Shown one piece after another: positions 15,633 through 23,921 of a stretch of 26,425 nt of DNA. Numbering within the stretch: position 1 is the stretch's first letter; the number at the start of each line of letters is the position of its first letter. The notes under the pieces were generated by a model, which ran no database searches, was not told the DNA's origin, and saw only the letters and a list, made by a program, of their open reading frames with translations. The stretch comes from Candidatus Zixiibacteriota bacterium (GTDB taxonomy: Bacteria; Zixibacteria; MSB-5A5; GN15; FEB-12): NCBI GenBank assembly GCA_038067995.1, contig JBBTMW010000136.1, forward strand, positions 1-26,425, in the 5' to 3' direction. Position numbers and translations under genes: made by a program.

Positions 15633-16625
15633 ATGAATAAACGAATTATGTCTATTGCCGGTCTCGCCCTTATTGTGGCGGGAGTCGCCTGGTTCAGCCT
15701 GGTGCAGGCTAAAACGATAGTTCTCAGCGACAAAGCATGGCTGGGAGTCTATTTGCAGACTGTCGATGATGACCTGGCCGATGGATTCGACCTTAGCGTC
15801 AAGGAAGGCGCGGTCATCAACGACATCATCAACGATTCTCCGGCCGATGAGGCCGGTTTGAGAGAAGATGACGTCATCATTGACATCAACGGCAGTGCCG
15901 TTTCCGACCAGATGGATGTCACCCGCGCCGTTCGGAAATCAAAACCGGGCGACAAGATGACCCTCACTATTATGCGCGGTGACAAGAAGATGGATATCAC
16001 TGTCACGCTCGCCAGTGAGCCGGATCGCATGACTACGCGAAACCGTGGTCGGCACTTTGCCATGCCGTCAATGCCCCCTATGCCACCCGTTCCGCCTATC
16101 CCCAATTTCAACTGGGTGTCCAACGATGACGGCGGCATGATCGGAATTACGATGACACCTCTGACCGAACAACTTGGAGATTATTTTGGAGTGAAGGATG
16201 GCGAGGGTGCGCTTATCACGGAAGTTCTGAAAGGCGCAACCGCCGAAAAAGCTGGCCTCAAAGCCGGGGATGTCATCATCGCAGTAGATGGCGACCAGGT
16301 CTATGATGTCAGCGACGTAGCAAAGGCGGTGGGCGACAAGGATGTTGACGAATCTGTCAAGATAACTATCATCCGCGACAAAAAGCAGATGGAACTAAGC
16401 GTTGTCGTGGCAGATGATGATCGTAGCCCTCGCCGTTGGGGACGTCGTGATATCGACGGACTCCACGGGATGCAATTCTTCGCTCCCCGCATGCGCGGTC
16501 TTCACAATGGCCGCGCTAACAACGACATGCTCGATCTCGACGAGCTTCGCGAAGACCGTGCCCAGCTCCACAAGGAACTTGACCAGATCCGCAGGGAACT
16601 CGATGAACTGAAAAAAGGGAAATAA
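15633..16625 (+). CDS. Secreted double-PDZ protein without a protease domain
   Basis: Signal peptide; PDZ1 (AWLGV...SPADEAGLREDDVIIDING), Pro-rich linker, PDZ2 (MIGITM...ATAEKAGLKAGDVIIAVDG), C-terminal coiled coil. Confidence 0.85.
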   Translation: MNKRIMSIAGLALIVAGVAWFSLVQAKTIVLSDKAWLGVYLQTVDDDLADGFDLSVKEGAVINDIINDSPADEAGLREDDVIIDINGSAVSDQMDVTRAVRKSKPGDKMTLTIMRGDKKMDITVTLASEPDRMTTRNRGRHFAMPSMPPMPPVPPIPNFNWVSNDDGGMIGITMTPLTEQLGDYFGVKDGEGALITEVLKGATAEKAGLKAGDVIIAVDGDQVYDVSDVAKAVGDKDVDESVKITIIRDKKQMELSVVVADDDRSPRRWGRRDIDGLHGMQFFAPRMRGLHNGRANNDMLDLDELREDRAQLHKELDQIRRELDELKKGK

Positions 16626-16663
16626 AAATCTCTCTCTCATAGCTCTCTACCCAACCTCGACAC

Positions 16664-16698
16664 GGGGGTTACGCGCCAAGCGTAATCCCCTATTTTTT
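16664..16698 (+). terminator. Rho-independent terminator after the PDZ gene
   Basis: gggggttacgc-gccaa-gcgtaatcccc-tatttttt. Confidence 0.75.
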
Positions 16699-16739
16699 GA
16701 GTATTGCCGGTCGCATAATGACTTGTGTATACTTGCGAC

Positions 16740-17711
16740 ATGCCAGCAATCACAGTAGAGATTCTCTACACGTCAAGAAATCAGGATTTGGAGCTGACCC
16801 TTCTCAATTCAGATGAGTCCGGTCTCAACAAACAGATACTAACCGCCGAACTGCACCGCCCCGGCCTTGCCCTGACCGGCTTTTTCGACCGCTTTGCCCA
16901 CCGGCGGGTTCAGATACTCGGTGAAACCGAGATGGCCTATCTGAATACCCTCGACCGTGACCGCCTTTTAGGAATATGCGAACGCCTCTTCGAGCGGGAT
17001 ATCCCGATGGTTATTATCAGCAAGGGGATAACGCCGCCGCTTGATATGATTGCTGTTGCCGACAAATTCCGCACCGGCGTTTTCTCCAGCCGACTCACCA
17101 CTACCGAACTCTCCAATCGCCTCTCGGCGTATCTTGATCACGTCTTTGCCCCGTCGATTAACGTTCACGGAACGCTGGTTGACGTCTACGGCGTCGGACT
17201 TCTTTACACCGGTAAGTCGGGAATCGGCAAGTCCGAAATAGCCCTCGATCTGGTAGAGCGGGGCCATCGCCTTGTTGCCGATGACGTCGTCAAGATTATC
17301 CGCACTACCCCCGATGTCATCATCGGAACCGGCTCCGAGCTTCTTGGCCATCATATGGAGATTCGCGGCGTTGGAATTATCGACGTCGAAGAGCTTTTCG
17401 GAATTCGCTCGATCCGCCTGCAAAAACGAATTGAAGTAGAAGTACACCTGACCCTCTGGTCGGAGAGCGCCGAATACGAGCGCCTTGGGATGGAGGAACG
17501 CTATACTACTGTACTTGGCGTTCAGATTCCGATTGTCAATGTGCCAATCTCTCCGGGAAAGAATATCACCGTAATTTCAGAGGTGATAGCCATGAACCAT
17601 ATGCTCAAGGTATATGGGGAAAATTCAGCGGTGGAGTTCACGAAGAAGCTCTCGCAGAGGCTCACCCGTCAGTCCATGACCCGCGACTATCTGGAGTCGG
17701 ATACGGAGTAA
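16740..17711 (+). CDS. hprK: HPr kinase/phosphorylase
   Basis: RPGLALTGFF, VHGTLVDVYGVG, Walker A GKSGIGKSE, LVADD, EIRGVGIIDV, PGKNI. Likely start ATG 16740. Confidence 0.96.
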   Translation: MPAITVEILYTSRNQDLELTLLNSDESGLNKQILTAELHRPGLALTGFFDRFAHRRVQILGETEMAYLNTLDRDRLLGICERLFERDIPMVIISKGITPPLDMIAVADKFRTGVFSSRLTTTELSNRLSAYLDHVFAPSINVHGTLVDVYGVGLLYTGKSGIGKSEIALDLVERGHRLVADDVVKIIRTTPDVIIGTGSELLGHHMEIRGVGIIDVEELFGIRSIRLQKRIEVEVHLTLWSESAEYERLGMEERYTTVLGVQIPIVNVPISPGKNITVISEVIAMNHMLKVYGENSAVEFTKKLSQRLTRQSMTRDYLESDTE

Positions 17712-17737
17712 GAGGGGGGCGTCGACAGTCGAGCGTT

Positions 17738-17821
17738 TTAGGGGCAGGCTGGCGGCGGTGGTCCGCCTTTGAACAGGTAAGTTATCAATTGGCTAATATC
17801 AACGATGTTCATGTCGCCGAA
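17738..17821 (-). pseudogene. Dockerin-like C-terminal tail of the interrupted NHL gene
   Basis: Minus strand reads FGDMNIVDISQLITYLFKGGPPPPACP* (TAA 17740-17738); in frame with the 19570 ORF once the element is removed. Confidence 0.82.
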
Positions 17822-17851
17822 GGGTGGCCCACCTTTCAGGTGGGTTCCCGT
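17822..17851 (+). repeat. REP family A, left inverted repeat of the RAYT element
   Basis: gggtgg-cccacct-ttc-aggtggg-ttcccgt. Confidence 0.95.
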
Positions 17852-17868
17852 GAAAAATCCAGCTACAC

Positions 17869-17897
17869 TTGAGTTATGAATGTTGTCTTAGTATCAT
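17869..17897 (+). promoter_or_regulatory. Internal sigma70-type promoter, probably giving leaderless RAYT mRNA
   Basis: TTGAGT, 17 nt, TATCAT; ATG lies 7 nt downstream (17904) with no Shine-Dalgarno sequence. Confidence 0.55.
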
Positions 17898-17903
17898 GCA
17901 CCC

Positions 17904-18440
17904 ATGCCGCTCTTGAAGCATTTTGACAATCTCAACACCGGTCGTTTTGTCACATTCACTTGCTATCGACGGCAAAAGCTACTGACTGCTCCATCTGTGA
18001 TCTGTGTGTTTCTTCATGCCTTGGATGATGCTCGTAAGAAGTATCATTTCCGCTTGTACGCTTACGTGATCATGCCTGAGCACGTTCATTTAGTCATGCA
18101 TCCGCTCGACGGAACTCTGCTCGGACCTCTGATTGGTGAGATCAAATCAAAGTCGGGTGCAAAAATTGTTGCTGATTCTCTGATCCAATTGCCTGATAAT
18201 TGTAGTGTTGAGAGAAGTGGCCAGACCAGATGGGTGTTTTGGCAACCGCGATGTTACGACCACAATTGCCGGACACCGGAGACCGCGCTTGAAAAGATTA
18301 ATTATTGTCACAATAATCCGGTGAAGCGAGGTTTGGTAGCTGAACCTGGCGACTGGCGCTGGTCGAGTTACAACTGGTATATTGGAAAACGCGATGTGCC
18401 GATTGAGATTGATGAGTTTGAATGGATTCGCCGAGAGTGA
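17904..18440 (+). CDS. REP-associated tyrosine transposase (RAYT/TnpA-REP, Y1 HUH family)
   Basis: FVTFTCY, HUH motif YVIMPEHVHL, FWQPRCYDHNCR, catalytic-Tyr region INYCHNNPVKRGLV..P.DWRWSSY; flanked by inverted REPs. Confidence 0.95.
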   Translation: MPLLKHFDNLNTGRFVTFTCYRRQKLLTAPSVICVFLHALDDARKKYHFRLYAYVIMPEHVHLVMHPLDGTLLGPLIGEIKSKSGAKIVADSLIQLPDNCSVERSGQTRWVFWQPRCYDHNCRTPETALEKINYCHNNPVKRGLVAEPGDWRWSSYNWYIGKRDVPIEIDEFEWIRRE

Positions 18441-18450
18441 AGACGGATTG

Positions 18451-18480
18451 ACGGGAACCCACCTGAAAGGTGGGCCACCC
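18451..18480 (-). repeat. REP family A, right inverted repeat of the RAYT element
   Basis: acgggaa-cccacct-gaa-aggtggg-ccaccc. Confidence 0.95.
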
Positions 18481-19570
18481 CGCCGAACAAATTGGCGGCC
18501 CCGAGATATCCGACATGCCCCCCGATGGCGTTCGGAAGCATGAACTGGTTTTCTCCGGTCCCGGTGCTCCCAAAGGTGCAGAGCGGAAGCAGGTCATATG
18601 TATACTTGGTGACTTTACCGGCGTCGCGGTCAAGCGCCCAAACCTGGCCGAATGCATCAACTTCAAGATCAATTGGGCCTGATCCGCATGGCACCTCCCT
18701 CATCCAAGATATAGTTTCGCCATTGGTAGTCTTGATCAACCAGATAATTCTGTTATTACCTGGGTCGGCTATGTAAAAGTGGTCATTGTTCGCGTATGGG
18801 GCCGACACTATGTAGGGGCTCCGGCCTGATGCAATGGCCGTGATTCTGCAGAATTGGCCCGGGATTCCCGTGCACCCATATGCGCCAAACGTGCTCTTAA
18901 GCTGACCGTTATATGTAAGTATGCGTTTTATCTGATAGGCCGCGCCACCCGGCGCATTCACCACCCACAGATAATTGTCTGCATACTGGCCTTCTCCAAT
19001 ATCCCAAAAGCTTGCGTTGTCGTTGAGATCCAAATCAACAGGTCTATCCAGCCCGAGTCCGGTGATCGCCTGATCACAAATCATGAATTGGTTCGCAGTG
19101 CGCCAATCGTAGCGAAATCTAACAATGCGATTATTCCGTGTATCAGCAACATAGCCGTAGTAATAGTAGCTGTAACCGGAATCGTTGCAAGGAGCCAAGA
19201 CATCGATACTCTGCGGCCACTTGAACTGGCAGGAACCCGTGCCGAACGAGCTGTATGCCCGGATCCAATCGTCTAATGCCTCTATGTACACTATGCGATT
19301 CCATCCTTTATCCAGATCAAATGACACAGCGCTCCAAAGTTCGCGCTGTGGTGTCATGATGTAGCTCGCTGAGGCGGAAACGGGATTGTTGAATAGGTCA
19401 ACACTCCAGGCCGAATTTGCGACTTGTCTCGTCAATTTCCAAATCAGAGGATTCTCAAATACCGGGCGTCTGATGAGGGCATATGCGCTTGGGCTCTGCG
19501 CCTGAGATGCTTCATATCCCAGACAGAGACTAAGCGCAAAGAAAGCGATAACAGAGCATTTCTTGAGCAT
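18481..19570 (-). pseudogene. Secreted NHL-repeat (beta-propeller) protein interrupted by the RAYT element
   Basis: Signal peptide; NHL-like YVADTRNNRIV, FYIADPGNNRII, PIDLEVD..GQVWALD, FG..G.G..QF..P. After codon 363 the ORF reads into the REP and antisense RAYT. Confidence 0.8.
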
Positions 19571-19573
19571 AGT

Positions 19574-20389
19574 TCATTTCCCCAGCAATTTCAGCATTTG
19601 CTCCGCGTGTCTTGCCGCGCGCGTCCCCTTATATTTTACCATCACACTGTCTAAATATTCCCTTTTCAATTCGGGGCTTAGTTCTTGAGTAAGTGCTTTC
19701 AACCTCGTCTGAGAATTTCCCGAGTTGGGAAATCGTTGCAAGAATTCCTCATACTTCAGAACGTATAACGCTGCGATTTCAGCAAATACGCTCTTGGGAT
19801 AAACTTCGAACAATCTCTGTAGAGAAGCATTGGGGGAAGAATTGAGAGATTTTGATCTGAGAGAAATGTTATAGTCCAATAGCAATCGCTCGGCCTCTCT
19901 TTCCTCTCCAGATAATTCGACAACTCTAAAACCGATTCTGTCTGAATTACTATCTGCGTATGACGCCGAAACAAAGTAGTATCCCGGAGAGAGCGAACCG
20001 AAGCCGAGCGTTTCCAAGTACTTGACTGCAAACAGCTCATTGAGCTCAAATGAGTCATAGAATGTCTCATCGGGGGTCATCAAAAATCCCTCTTTAGGAA
20101 CAAGCTCCCATTCAGGACCAGAATAGGGAATTGGGTTTCCGACACTATCGCTAACCTCAATAGTAAACCATAACCCATGGCAGGGTGGAAACAAACCCCA
20201 CGACCTGAGAGTATCACCACTTATGTTTGTGAGAACGACGTCAAGCCATATGGGCTCCCGCGACACAAATTGATCCTTTTCGAGATCTATTTTGACTTTC
20301 CATTGTTTGCTAAACGAATCCCCGACCGAAACACTTTGAAGTGGAAATAGTAACACAACGGTTACAAGAATAAAGATGTAGAGTCTCAT
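19574..20389 (-). CDS. Secreted hypothetical protein (Ig-like N-part, helical C-part)
   Basis: Signal peptide MRLYIFILVTVVLLFPL; beta-rich EPIWLDVVLTN...PGYYFVSASY; helical C-terminus; stop lies 4 nt before the NHL gene start. Confidence 0.7.
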   Translation of the reverse strand: MRLYIFILVTVVLLFPLQSVSVGDSFSKQWKVKIDLEKDQFVSREPIWLDVVLTNISGDTLRSWGLFPPCHGLWFTIEVSDSVGNPIPYSGPEWELVPKEGFLMTPDETFYDSFELNELFAVKYLETLGFGSLSPGYYFVSASYADSNSDRIGFRVVELSGEEREAERLLLDYNISLRSKSLNSSPNASLQRLFEVYPKSVFAEIAALYVLKYEEFLQRFPNSGNSQTRLKALTQELSPELKREYLDSVMVKYKGTRAARHAEQMLKLLGK

Positions 20390-20415
20390 AATTGGTTACC
20401 CATCATAGAGTGCTT

Positions 20416-21168
20416 TTATTTGGTCTGTTTAAGTCGCTCACAGCAAATAGTACAAAAATGCGGATTTGCGGTGAGATCTGTCGAACTGCACAGGGACGTT
20501 ATTCCCACACCCATTACGCATCCGGGGTCGTTGTGCAGAAGAGAATCCTGAACCCAACCAGAATTTGAAGAATTGAGCTTGCAGAGGTGCTGGAGTGCCG
20601 CTCTGTTATGACCGAGTTCATGAATGACCGTCTTTTTAAGCGTCGCGGGCTTATTGCTACCACCATTAGTCTGAATTTCGTCGTTGAAAATAGCTGTACA
20701 TCGAATATGATCGCCGCCCTCCTGCTCAGTCCAACTCATGGTATATGCAAAAGTAGCAAAATAGCCCTCACCGGGTTTGTTATAGGCGTTGGCCATTCCG
20801 ATAAGGTAGTGGTCATAATAGAAATCAACCGGAGGGCCAAGTGATGCTTGAGCATGGTCCAACACATAATTTAGCAATCCGTTTTGATTAAAATCTGGAT
20901 ATACAACAGTAGTAATTACTTCATCATACACTATTTTCAGGGATGTTTTGCACGAGGCGAAGGCGGGAAGCGGATATTCTTCTCCGGCTGTTTCTCCCGT
21001 GAAAACGTTACAACCCGTCATATAATCATATTCCACTGCAAAAACCGTGAACCCGTCTGGCGTGACTTCCTGCGGATTACTGCAACCTACCGTCCATCGA
21101 ATAAGCACAATAATCAGGATCTGGGGCAATGCCGCCTTCAGCTTCGGCGTCCATCCTGCGCCTCTCAT
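20416..21168 (-). CDS. Putative zinc metallopeptidase lipoprotein (metzincin/archaemetzincin-like)
   Basis: Lipobox-like TVGC; VIHELGH...H, CVM Met-turn-like motif, distal FCTIC cysteines; ATGA overlap with the upstream gene. Confidence 0.72.
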   Translation of the reverse strand: MRGAGWTPKLKAALPQILIIVLIRWTVGCSNPQEVTPDGFTVFAVEYDYMTGCNVFTGETAGEEYPLPAFASCKTSLKIVYDEVITTVVYPDFNQNGLLNYVLDHAQASLGPPVDFYYDHYLIGMANAYNKPGEGYFATFAYTMSWTEQEGGDHIRCTAIFNDEIQTNGGSNKPATLKKTVIHELGHNRAALQHLCKLNSSNSGWVQDSLLHNDPGCVMGVGITSLCSSTDLTANPHFCTICCERLKQTK

Positions 21169-21836
21169 TTCCCCTCCGCAACGCCATCGGTTGGTTTCAC
21201 GGTCTTATACACCTGGCTTTCTATGAATGACACGAGGTTATCAAATCGTGCAAGGCGCCAACTCTTCCGGCTGTTCTCTGGATCGTGGGCAGGGGCGCCG
21301 CCCGGCCACCGTTGATTGCCATCCGACGGGGCGCCAACCACTGGGACAGCCGTGACCGAAACAAACACTAATCTCTCCGGCGATTTGCGCCCCGGGCCGT
21401 GATGCACGCCGTCAGCGGGCGCCCCCCAAAGCACCAATTCGCAGTCGACAACAGCCGTGTCGCCGGTAATTGCAATCTTTGGATCGAGTATATCGAAATC
21501 CCAGAAGTCAGAATTGCGCTGGGGGCTGTCGGGACGAGCAAAGGCAGGTTTGGCCAGATGCATCGTCCTATTGGCCGACCCGCTGAAAAGTGTCTGTAAT
21601 CTCTGAGTAACTTGGGCGCTTGCCGTCGCCTTTTGGCCATTTACCGAAACATCAGGCGCCAGCGCCAGATTGATCTTCATGGTGTCTTCTTCCTGGATGC
21701 CGGTTCGCAACAGATCAACGCCCAGCTGAACCCATTGCTGGTCGGAGACTTTTCTGAAATGTTGAGCTTGGGTAGAGAGAGGAGTGGAGATGAACGAAAT
21801 CAGCCCTATCGCAATTGCCCAGATTTGTTTTCGCAT
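21165..21836 (-). CDS. Secreted protein, possible NTF2/SnoaL-like fold
   Basis: Likely start ATG 21836 after GAGGG; signal peptide MRKQIWAIAIGLISF...AQA; NTF2-like pattern ..LAPDV...KIAITGDTAVVDCEL...LVF...WRL. Confidence 0.65.
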   Translation of the reverse strand: MRKQIWAIAIGLISFISTPLSTQAQHFRKVSDQQWVQLGVDLLRTGIQEEDTMKINLALAPDVSVNGQKATASAQVTQRLQTLFSGSANRTMHLAKPAFARPDSPQRNSDFWDFDILDPKIAITGDTAVVDCELVLWGAPADGVHHGPGRKSPERLVFVSVTAVPVVGAPSDGNQRWPGGAPAHDPENSRKSWRLARFDNLVSFIESQVYKTVKPTDGVAEGK

Positions 21837-21924
21837 AACGTTACCCTCAACGTATGAGTTCCAATACCAAAGACGATTCAAAGCGCAGAAAGTGCAATGA
21901 TGTCAGACAGAACCCATGTAAACC

Positions 21925-21938
21925 TATATATATATATA
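21925..21938. repeat. (TA)7 microsatellite next to a TTGACA box
   Basis: tatatatatatata; minus-strand TTGACA at 21947-21942 lies 3 nt away, in a divergent intergenic region. Confidence 0.8.
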
Positions 21939-22086
21939 CTTTGTCAAGGGACAAGTTGTAGTTGTGTCATATTTTTTTGTCGGCAGTCATAGCCTCATCA
22001 CAGGTTTGAATCAAATAGGAATTTTCGGGGATTCCCGAAGCGCCACATGGGCATTCGTACTTCTCTTCCCGTCCCCAATTATCCGC

Positions 22087-22115
22087 TTGGCGGGAAAGGC
22101 CTTGCGCTATATATT
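22087..22115 (+). promoter_or_regulatory. Possible sigma70 promoter for the PPIase operon
   Basis: TTGGCG, 17 nt, TATATT. Confidence 0.4.
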
Positions 22116-22193
22116 TGCTGCTTGTCTGCGGCAGGCTGAATCTGTCCGCGCCGAAACTGGTACAAGAAACAGATGATGGAGGTCACTCGACAT

Positions 22194-23921
22194 ATGCGCA
22201 CGACACTCGCACGCCTTCTCGCCCTGAGCGCGATACTGGCCATTTTTGCCCTCGGCTGTGGTAGCAAAAACTGGGGAGACACCGTTGCCACCGTCGGCGG
22301 CTACGACATTACGACCGATGAGTTTCTCGAATACATGGGAACCCCGCCGGTCGATTTCAATTCGGCTCAGGAAGAGTTCGACAAGCGCCGCGAGATTCTC
22401 GATACGATGATCGTTACCCGCCTGCTGATTCAGTCCGCCTACGAAAAAGGGATAGACAAGGATCCGGAGATTTCCCGTATAGTGGAAGCCAATAAAGAAA
22501 AATTCCTCCTCGACAACCTCTACTTCCGCAATATCCGCGAGAAGACGCACGCCACCGAAACCGAAATCAAGGCATTCTGGGAGAATCTCGCCGATCGTTT
22601 ACGGGTCTGCCATATTCTCGTCAAGAGTGAAGACTCGGCCAACATGATTCTCGACAAACTCAGAGCCGGTGAAAACTTCGAGGAGGTTGCTTACACCCAT
22701 TCGGCCGATCCAAGCGCCAAAAAGAATCGTGGCGACCTCGGCTATATCCTCTGGGGGGCGTTTGTCGACGAGTTTCAGGATGTGGCCTTCAAGATGCAGG
22801 CTGGCGAGGTCTCGCCGCCGGTCAAGTCAGCCTATGGATGGCACATTATCAAAGTCATCGACCGCCTTCCCAATGATTCCCGCCAGCCGTTTGAAACGAT
22901 GAAATCAGCAATCAAATCCCAGCTTGAAAACCGCAAGAGCTATCGCGCGGCTGAGATTTTCATGAAGGAGATCAAGGCTAAATATCCTATCACTGTCGAC
23001 ACCGTTAGCTGTCAGTACTTGCTAAAAAAGCGGGAGACACTCTATCCGCCGGAACTGTTGGCGAGTTTGCCGCGCAATGATTTCGACCTGGCTCAACTTG
23101 ATAGAAACGAAAAAGAACTGGTACTCGCCACATGGGATGGCGGGCAGATCACTGTCCAGCAATATCTGGATAAAATCAAATCATCGCCGCGTGAGATACG
23201 CCCCGATTTTGATAATTTCGACAGCCTGCGAACCGTCATTTTCGAGCTTAAAAAGGGAGACCTCTTGGCCATCGAAGCCATTCGCTCGGGTATGGACAAT
23301 GACCCGCGATATGTGAAAAAGATCAGTCTCTTCAAAGAATACAATATGGCCGAGGTGATGAAATCCGATTCGATGCCGACTCCGCCGGATCCTGACGATG
23401 CCACTGTACGCATGTACTACGACGCCCATCCCGAGGAGTTCTCCAGTGCCGCAAAAGTGCAAGTTTACGAGATTCTTTTGAGCGATGAACCCCGCGCCCG
23501 CCAGCTCAAAAAGAGTATCAAATCGCTGGCCGAGTTCAAGGAAATGGCCATGGATCTCACCGAACGCCCCGGCAAACGAGAAGCTCGCGGAGAACTCGGA
23601 TATATCGAGAAAGAGTTTTTCCCCGATTTATTTGATGAAGCCTGGCGCACTTCAATCGGCGCCATTGGTGGACCCATCCAGACGATGGGACGCTATTCCA
23701 TCATCTATGTGGTTGACAAAATAGAGGCTTCACAGAAAGACTACCTTTCGGTCAAGCCTCAAATAGTCGGGCGACTCGTATCCGAACAAAAAACGGCAAA
23801 TCTTCAGCAGTGGATTGCTGACCGAAAGAACGCTGTGTCGATTGATGTTGACGACGATGCGCTCTGGGCGACGGTAGACAAGGAAAAGTATGCTTCAGCT
23901 GAATCTGGCAAGACGAATTAA
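22194..23921 (+). CDS. Parvulin-type peptidyl-prolyl isomerase lipoprotein (PrsA/PpiD-like, two PPIase domains)
   Basis: GGAGG RBS before ATG 22194; lipobox ALGC; parvulin motifs VCHILVK...GENFEEVA..HS.D....RGDLG...GWHIIKV, plus a second degenerate domain. Confidence 0.88.
   Translation: MRTTLARLLALSAILAIFALGCGSKNWGDTVATVGGYDITTDEFLEYMGTPPVDFNSAQEEFDKRREILDTMIVTRLLIQSAYEKGIDKDPEISRIVEANKEKFLLDNLYFRNIREKTHATETEIKAFWENLADRLRVCHILVKSEDSANMILDKLRAGENFEEVAYTHSADPSAKKNRGDLGYILWGAFVDEFQDVAFKMQAGEVSPPVKSAYGWHIIKVIDRLPNDSRQPFETMKSAIKSQLENRKSYRAAEIFMKEIKAKYPITVDTVSCQYLLKKRETLYPPELLASLPRNDFDLAQLDRNEKELVLATWDGGQITVQQYLDKIKSSPREIRPDFDNFDSLRTVIFELKKGDLLAIEAIRSGMDNDPRYVKKISLFKEYNMAEVMKSDSMPTPPDPDDATVRMYYDAHPEEFSSAAKVQVYEILLSDEPRARQLKKSIKSLAEFKEMAMDLTERPGKREARGELGYIEKEFFPDLFDEAWRTSIGAIGGPIQTMGRYSIIYVVDKIEASQKDYLSVKPQIVGRLVSEQKTANLQQWIADRKNAVSIDVDDDALWATVDKEKYASAESGKTN

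Larger units (their letters stand above)
17822..18480 (+). mobile_element. RAYT element (659 bp) bounded by perfect 30-bp inverted REPs and a 7-bp direct repeat
   Basis: IRs at 17822-17851 and 18451-18480 are exact reverse complements. CGCCGAA at 17815-17821 and 18481-18487. Single HUH transposase ORF inside. Confidence 0.88.

Noticed and set aside
15633-16625. DegP/HtrA serine protease annotation
   Set aside because: No trypsin-like domain or catalytic GNSGG motif; PDZ domains only.
17757-17778. ggtggtccgccttt as an additional degenerate REP-A copy
   Set aside because: Fully explained as antisense of the dockerin FKGGPP codons and it has no hairpin. The resemblance is kept only as a low-ranked finding.
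18368-18480. C-terminal 37 codons of the 400-aa ORF as genuine protein
   Set aside because: They are the REP and antisense RAYT read through after the insertion; nearly the same peptide appears in spurious ORF 723-1016.
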